Assembly: GCF_037042905.1 (NCBI RefSeq)
Contig: NC_087247.1
Location: forward strand, 25,048,001-25,112,000
DNA: 64,000 bases
Direction: 5' to 3'
DNA from: Lytechinus pictus
Taxonomy: Eukaryota
Shown: piece after piece, positions 57,701-64,000 of the stretch
How the letters are laid out: the number at the start of each line of letters is the position of its first letter
Position numbering within the stretch: position 1 is the first letter of the stretch
Notes under the pieces: model-generated
Databases searched by the model: none
Told to the model about the DNA's origin: nothing
Seen by the model: only the letters and a program-made list of their open reading frames with translations
Made by a program: the position numbers and the translations under genes

Positions 57701-60700
57701 AATTTACCAATTGGCAGATAAGTTTGGACTTGTGTAAACATGAGATTGAGAAAGTTTTGACTTTGTCATGGATATGAAAGGTTACATATGCATCAAGGCC
57801 AACAACTGTCATGTTATACATGTCTGGATTCCTGGATTCTCTGAATTCGTATTAGCAAGGTCTTTGCCAAGATCTCTAGATAACCATGAATCATTTTTAA
57901 TGATAACCTGCATATGCCACAACAGGAAGATAAACAATGACTTTTTTATGTCTGAGACAACAAACATCATGATTCATGCATGATATCCTGAAACTAAGAG
58001 ATGCTGCAGACGTATAGAGATCCAATGTTACCGATTAGCCATGTAAACTTAAAACAAACATCTCTTTGAACTCCACTCTGGCCTTTTATCTTCCTGCTTC
58101 TAACATCTGATAACCGACAATGACAGTGCAACCATTTCCCACGTGCAATAAAGGCAACAGTTCTTTGCCAAATGGTGGAACTCAAAAAGATGGCAAAAAG
58201 AAAGAGGAGTTGGAGCACAGAGAGAATGACAATGCAAGCATTTCCCCATGTGCATGCAAGTCTAGTTCTTCACAAAGTGTTGGAATTCCAGATGAAGACA
58301 ATGAAGAAGGAGGGGGTGGATGGAGCTAACCTGTTAACAACTAAACATCACACCCCATTAAGAGAGGAAACTTAGTCATTGATATATCAGATAGTAAATC
58401 AACCAGGACTAAAACACAATGGATAAACGTAAACCTCGGAGACGCATCATCTGCTTCGTATCAAGGATTCAAGATGCAGTATTTGGCACAAATTACACTT
58501 TCGATTCCTAGAGCATAAATTTAGTCATGATGACTGAAAAGCTCCCATGTGTTACATAAAATAGAAGTAGGGGGATGAAAAGAGTGATGAAACTGAGGCA
58601 AGGATAAGATACCAAAATGGGAAATTGCTATCTACTAAGGTGCATGGTTAATTCCTTGTGGAAAAAAAAACAAGGTGACTGTATAAATGCATCATCAGAT
58701 TATCTGTGACATCTTTGATGATGTTGATTGTGATGATAAAGACAATGATAATAGTAATGATTGATGATGATTTGAGAGGTTTTTTTTTTCCTTTTCATTG
58801 CTACTGTATTCTCCTTTTTTTTTTTTTTTTTTTAGAAAAAGACACCTTTTTTCAGGAACCAATGGGTTTTGGAAGCAATATCATAATTTTCTCTAAATTT
58901 TCTATTTTTTTTGTCTCTCCCCACCTGGATATTTCCATTAGGTGTAATAGGCTAATTTTACCAAGTATCTTTCTTTATGAATCAAAACAGGACCCTGGAC
59001 TTTATAGCAATACTGTTTTCATAAAAGTGCACTGGATTCATCACACTGATGTTATAGGTTTTGATAGTTGAGTCAGGTTTTAGTCATGACAAGTGATTGA
59101 CTCAACAGAACTTAGAGATGAAATATTGACCGACAGAACACTGGGTGGCTAAGTCACAGAAAGGGGGAATGTTAGGTCCCCATATTTCAGCAAGTAGCCT
59201 GATATGATTAAAGGAAACACCGACTGGATACTCATAATTTTTGCGTTAGTCATGACAAAAAAATGATCTTAAAGATCAAAGGATATGGACAATCCAACCT
59301 CTAGGCAGTTTCAATGGTCATTTTCAAACCTCATTATCTTTTCAAAAGGACCTTTACAAATGTGACTATGACAATATAAATAGCTTGGCTCAATTGGAAA
59401 AATCTGCTTTGTAATGATAGTGATAAGGTTACAAAGACAATCACCAAATCAGTACTGACAATTGTATTTCCAATAAAAAAGCTTTTACCTTCATATCTTT
59501 GCTAATCTGATGAAGTCGAGATCTAAAGACTTTGCTGATCTTCAGAGATACGTAACTTTAAAACAGCAAATCTATACTGCACATAGCACCTTATGATTTG
59601 CACACATCTGTTGAGAGCACGGAAAGCAAAACATTTATCATGAAAGTGGACAATGCCTTTCTGGTCCTCAACAGAAGATAGAGTTAAGAACCAGAAGGAC
59701 AACACAAAATACATGCAGAGGGTACACACGTTAGTTAGCATCCTCCCAACTAGGAAACTTAAATGGACCTGACATGGTTAAAAAGGGATATAGCTCTTCT
59801 GATGCCTGACATACTTACATCAGTCGAAGCTTACTGATTCGAGTTTCATCACTCCGTCCTTTCATAGTGCAGTTCTTAAAATGTCATAGGAGATGTAGGT
59901 TATATTAAGAGGTGCTAGATAGATTGATGGAACAGATATATTCAGCTATTCTTACTAACCTGAAATGACCAGTGGATCGGTCTCCAGCCATTAGAGTTTA
60001 CCAGGGTATGATGACTTATCTATTTTACATCAAGCATGACTTGATATGATCCATTACGACATAACCCTTACACGAGCCATAGACAGGTATGCAAGCCAAT
60101 TGAACTGATCATCAATTCAACTGGCCACAACTATTAAATTCAAATGTTAAGTTTAATCATTCACAGTTTGCATATCACTACCTTATTACGTCACTGATAA
60201 AAAAAGGAAATTGGAGTACCTTAGGCTAATATCTCAATTAGGCTGTCTCATCCTCTAAGGTCAATTAATCAGGACAGTAGATGTATTGTTGATATTGACA
60301 TAAATATTACTTTAAAATATCAAAATGAATCTGTTTCAGGTATATCTAAAACAAAATGAAAATAATTTTTTTTAAGAGCTGGAAGTGGAAAGACGAAAAT
60401 TCCCTTAGTAAGAAAAAAGTAGGATGCACTTAAGACTATTTTATTCTTGTTGAATTCTCGCATTATGTATTTCATGGAGAGCGAGGTGACATAGGATGAA
60501 GAATGAACATGATATCTAGGAAGAGAAATGTTCATGCCAAACATCTGGACTATGGTCGTTATTTACATCTCAGTGAGAGTCAAGCAAAGCAAACATGCCA
60601 GGAATGGTCGTTAATTTGCAACTGAGAATAGTGGTAGGTTTCAGTACTGGCACTCTCAACTTAAACATTCAAAATCAGAACTGGTTAAAGGCTTTTCTTT

Positions 60701-61720
60701 CTCCTTATGGAATCTTCTAATTTCATTGAAAAAAATTGAGATACTCACTACCTGATTTACATAGGAGATTATTTTATTACCGAATTCAATTATCATTTTC
60801 AAAAGAATAATATGACTCAAACAACAGTGATGATTCTTTCATTAGGGTACCATTTTTACCATTTATCTTCTTTAAAAAATGTAAATCACTTTTTTTTAAT
60901 TACAATTATAGAAACTTCAAACTGATTTTTTTTAAAGAGAAATTAACAGGGTTCTTTTAAGATACTAAATATATGAAATTTTAGTCATTTCAAACCCCTT
61001 CAAAATATAAAATATTTACTTTAAAGTAGTAAATTATAAATGAAATTAGGCAATAACTGATTAGGCAACCAAAATGTATGAAAATGATTACCATAACTAA
61101 TAGCAAGCACCAGCTGGCAACCTTTATATCATTTTTAAAAGGACAGAGCAATAAATTTCACCCTCAATTTGGCTGGAAGATGCACCCTTTTATCTGCACC
61201 ATTTGACTTGATATATGACCAGCCGTGACGAGAGAAATGGTTCCAGATCAGTTTTATCACCCAACAGTCTGGCATGCTTGGTTAAACAGAAGCTGATTTA
61301 AAGGAATTATAAAGCATTTAAGAGGGTACGATGGGACAAAAGTATACTGAGAGACTGTTTCAAATGATTATGTGCAAATAAACACCATTCCACATTTTTG
61401 TTTGAAAATGTCTACTCATTGATGATATACTTTCTGCCAGGTCAGGCACAGTTTATAGCTAAGTAAGCAACATTTCCTTCATAAGTCAATTATATTTATT
61501 GCAAATGTCAAAACAGGTATTTCTAGTCTCAAATCTACAGTAGATGTGGACTTAATATTTCTTCCAGAGACTCCAGTGAAAAAAAATCCACTTACTTGAC
61601 TTTTTGAAATAAATTATTTATATAAAATTGTGATTTAGTATGGAAGTTTAAGCCATGCTAACACTTTTTAAAGATATAATGATCATAAAATGAATTATGA
61701 GAATAATCCAGAATCATGTA

Positions 61721-61910
61721 GAGCGTTGTGGCCCAGTGGATTAGTCTTCGGACTTTGATGTGCTGCACTCAACCCAGGTGAGGTGAATGGGTACCTGGCA
61801 GGATTATTTCCTTGAATGCATGAGCGCTGAAAGGCAGCTCGAGCTAAGGCCGGGGTAATAATAATAACGCGCCTCGGTATAGAATATTTTCTAGATAGAT
61901 GACGCTATAT
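61721..61910 (+). mobile_element. tRNA-derived SINE copy with internal deletion (box A present, box B absent)
   Basis: Starts GAGCGTTGTGGCCCAGTGGATTAGTC with a Pol III box A match TGGCCCAGTGG (61729-61739); no GTTCGA box B; followed by CTCAACCCAGGTGAGGTGAATGGGTACC, a central block I recognise from marine-invertebrate SINEs; ends near ...GACGCTATAT. Confidence 0.75.
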
Positions 61911-63467
61911 CCACCAAAATTACTACAAAGTATTGGTACACAGAAATTAATATAAATTCAAAATTGATCTTGTAGTGTAATAAATGAGTAAATGCCCAGT
62001 AATTTAGATAAATAGGCAATGAATTGTGTCAGTAGACAGGTCCTTTCTTGAACTAATGTGTAATCAATGTCTGTACCTGCCTGTGATTTTCTGTGTTTAC
62101 AATTTTTTCCATGAAGTGCTTTCATTTAATTTTCATCATTTAAAGCATGTCAGAACTACCATTGTTCATTGCTATTTCTAAAATTTTGCTCGAATGGCTT
62201 CAATGACATTAATTCAATGATACAATTAGGTGAGTTCAGACAAAATTAGCTCCAAGAAACAAGTCAAGTCCTCCATTTGATTTTAAAGCATATGTGTGTA
62301 TATAACATAATAACCTTATTCAAACTTCCCACCAGAAGTTCAAAAAGTGTAAAAACTACTTCTTGTCCTAAACATCACACTACTGACTCAGATCCTGTAT
62401 GGCCACAGCAAGTCATGCTCATAAATAAGGGAGAGGTGTAACATTGCCCCCCCTATTCAGTGTAATAGGGTACATCCATTACCCCTGTAAACCCTCCTCT
62501 GGGGTATTTACTTGGTATACTATCTTACTTAGGTACAGGTTAGAGGGTTCTTTTAGGAACAGGATGGATGCCCCTGAACATAAATATCCATGTGTTTGGG
62601 TTGACAGTGTTTTGAGTAGAGTTCATTGATCATCATATCATATGATCATCTACATGCTCAGAGCAAGAAGGTTGTTAATATCCATTATTCACAAGATTAT
62701 CATAGTCCTTTTGTCTCTTTTTACACAAAAAGCCAGCAGATTTTTGACAAGCACTCGCTTCAACATTGTTTTATTTTACTTCCCTTTCTGTTGACTCATT
62801 ACATAGGTCTATACATAACAATTAAAAGTGACTGATGCTATTCATTAAAAGGTTGAATCTAACCAAATCGATCTAACTTTATACCAATGCCTAATATACC
62901 ATGCTGGAATTGTTAATCTAACGGGATGAGAAATTGTACTTCCTGGCCTTTTAAGTTGTGATTTTACATCATACTTCAAGAAGCAGGCTGAAATTTAATT
63001 GATGCCAATCATAAATACAAGAATTATCAGAACTGGCCATTTTTATTTGCCAATAAACAAAGGATCACATCACATCACATCTCCTATGCATGTACTTCTT
63101 CTTCAACATCTCTGAGTACAATTTGGTTACAAATTCAGCGGCCACATGCGAAGTAAAACATCAACTTCAGAAGAGCTAATCCCAGAGATGTCACTGAATG
63201 GCATGGCTGTTCAATGCAAGAACCTGGATGAAGCTCCCACAGGGAACCAATGCAGGGAACTCTTGACATGTGCGGTAAATTGGACAAATTATGAGAAATG
63301 AGAGAAACGAAATGTAGAAAATGTAATTGGGCAAGTGGCCTAATTGTGCCCCCTACCGGGCGATTTCTGTTTGGAAATAAGAGAGAGGGGGTAAGCGTAT
63401 TACAGGGAGACATGACTGAAAAGGGCTTGAACATCTTCAAGACATCTGTCAATAAAATTCAATATGA

Positions 63468-63625
63468 AGAGGAATAACAGAGAGAGAGAGTGTTATGAAA
63501 AGGGCAGTGAAGGTAAGAAAAGAGGAAGTTGGGGAAAAGAGATATAAGGATACAGTGGATATAAAGAGAAGAGAAGGAAGAAGAAAAACAGGAGGAAAAG
63601 AAACAGAAGAGGATCAGGTGAGAAG
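63468..63625 (+). repeat. GA-rich polypurine tract
   Basis: GAAGAGAAGGAAGAAGAAAAACAGGAGG... low complexity. Confidence 0.8.
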
Positions 63626-64000
63626 ATAATCTCTGAATGACTTGATTTCAAAAGAATACATACTAAACCCATCGTTTGGAGAGAGGAGCTTTGTAAAGCC
63701 TCAGTGAAATTATTAACAACCTTTAACATTCATGAATACTTAAATAGCTTAAGTTGAAATACCGGTATGCAGTCAATGACTAATATTGTCAATGTGAATA
63801 CACATTTCGAGTGCAAGTATATATTCTATCATGCACAGCTCTTAAAAATAGAAATATTTGGCCCTCAATAATTGGCACTTCTATTCCAGTTGTTCATAAA
63901 ATTGATCCTAACTGTACAACTAGCTTTATGAAACACCTATTGTGGTCCCTGTATTAAACCTGTTGGAATGACATAAATCAGTTGTAAACTCCCTTAAAGT

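Noticed and set aside
59795-59880. Minus-strand frame NCTMKGRSDETRISKLRL next to GTAAG donors, resembling the N-terminal Sema CxxKGK motif
   Set aside because: It lacks the following ECxNYIRVL, has a weak AAG acceptor and an upstream in-frame stop. None of the several exons that must lie between this motif and SRVARVCK could be found in 47.6-59.8 kb.
61721-61760. tRNA gene
   Set aside because: Only a box A/D-arm-like half is present, with no T-arm or acceptor stem partner; it continues into SINE body sequence.

Overview
AT-rich, intron-dominated animal genomic DNA. The repeat content suggests a marine invertebrate deuterostome, most plausibly a sea urchin (inference, not verified). The whole window lies inside one minus-strand gene, a class 5 semaphorin (Sema5). 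I could hand-splice 17 GT-AG exons from 47635 down to 102 with fully consistent phases: 1960 nt, about 653 aa, or about 671 aa with an alternative donor. They encode the C-terminal half of the Sema domain, the PSI domain and a thrombospondin type-1 repeat (TSR) array. I found no upstream Sema exon in 47636-64000, so the N-terminus is probably beyond 64000, and the TM/cytoplasmic part lies below coordinate 1. Most ORF-track entries are intronic noise. Points of interest: (1) a 67-bp intronic insertion with a perfect 12-bp target-site duplication, built around a minimal Penelope-type hammerhead-ribozyme-like fold; (2) only six TSRs instead of the seven of vertebrate Sema5, with an optional 18-aa Ser-Gly linker where TSR2 is expected and a similar linker before the last TSR; (3) apparently relocated or extra cysteines; (4) an intact 470-bp MITE with TIRs, internal repeats and hairpins; (5) an internally deleted tRNA-SINE. 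No prokaryotic features (CRISPR, operons) and no rRNA or functional tRNA genes were seen. Comparisons with human SEMA5A are from memory and need alignment.
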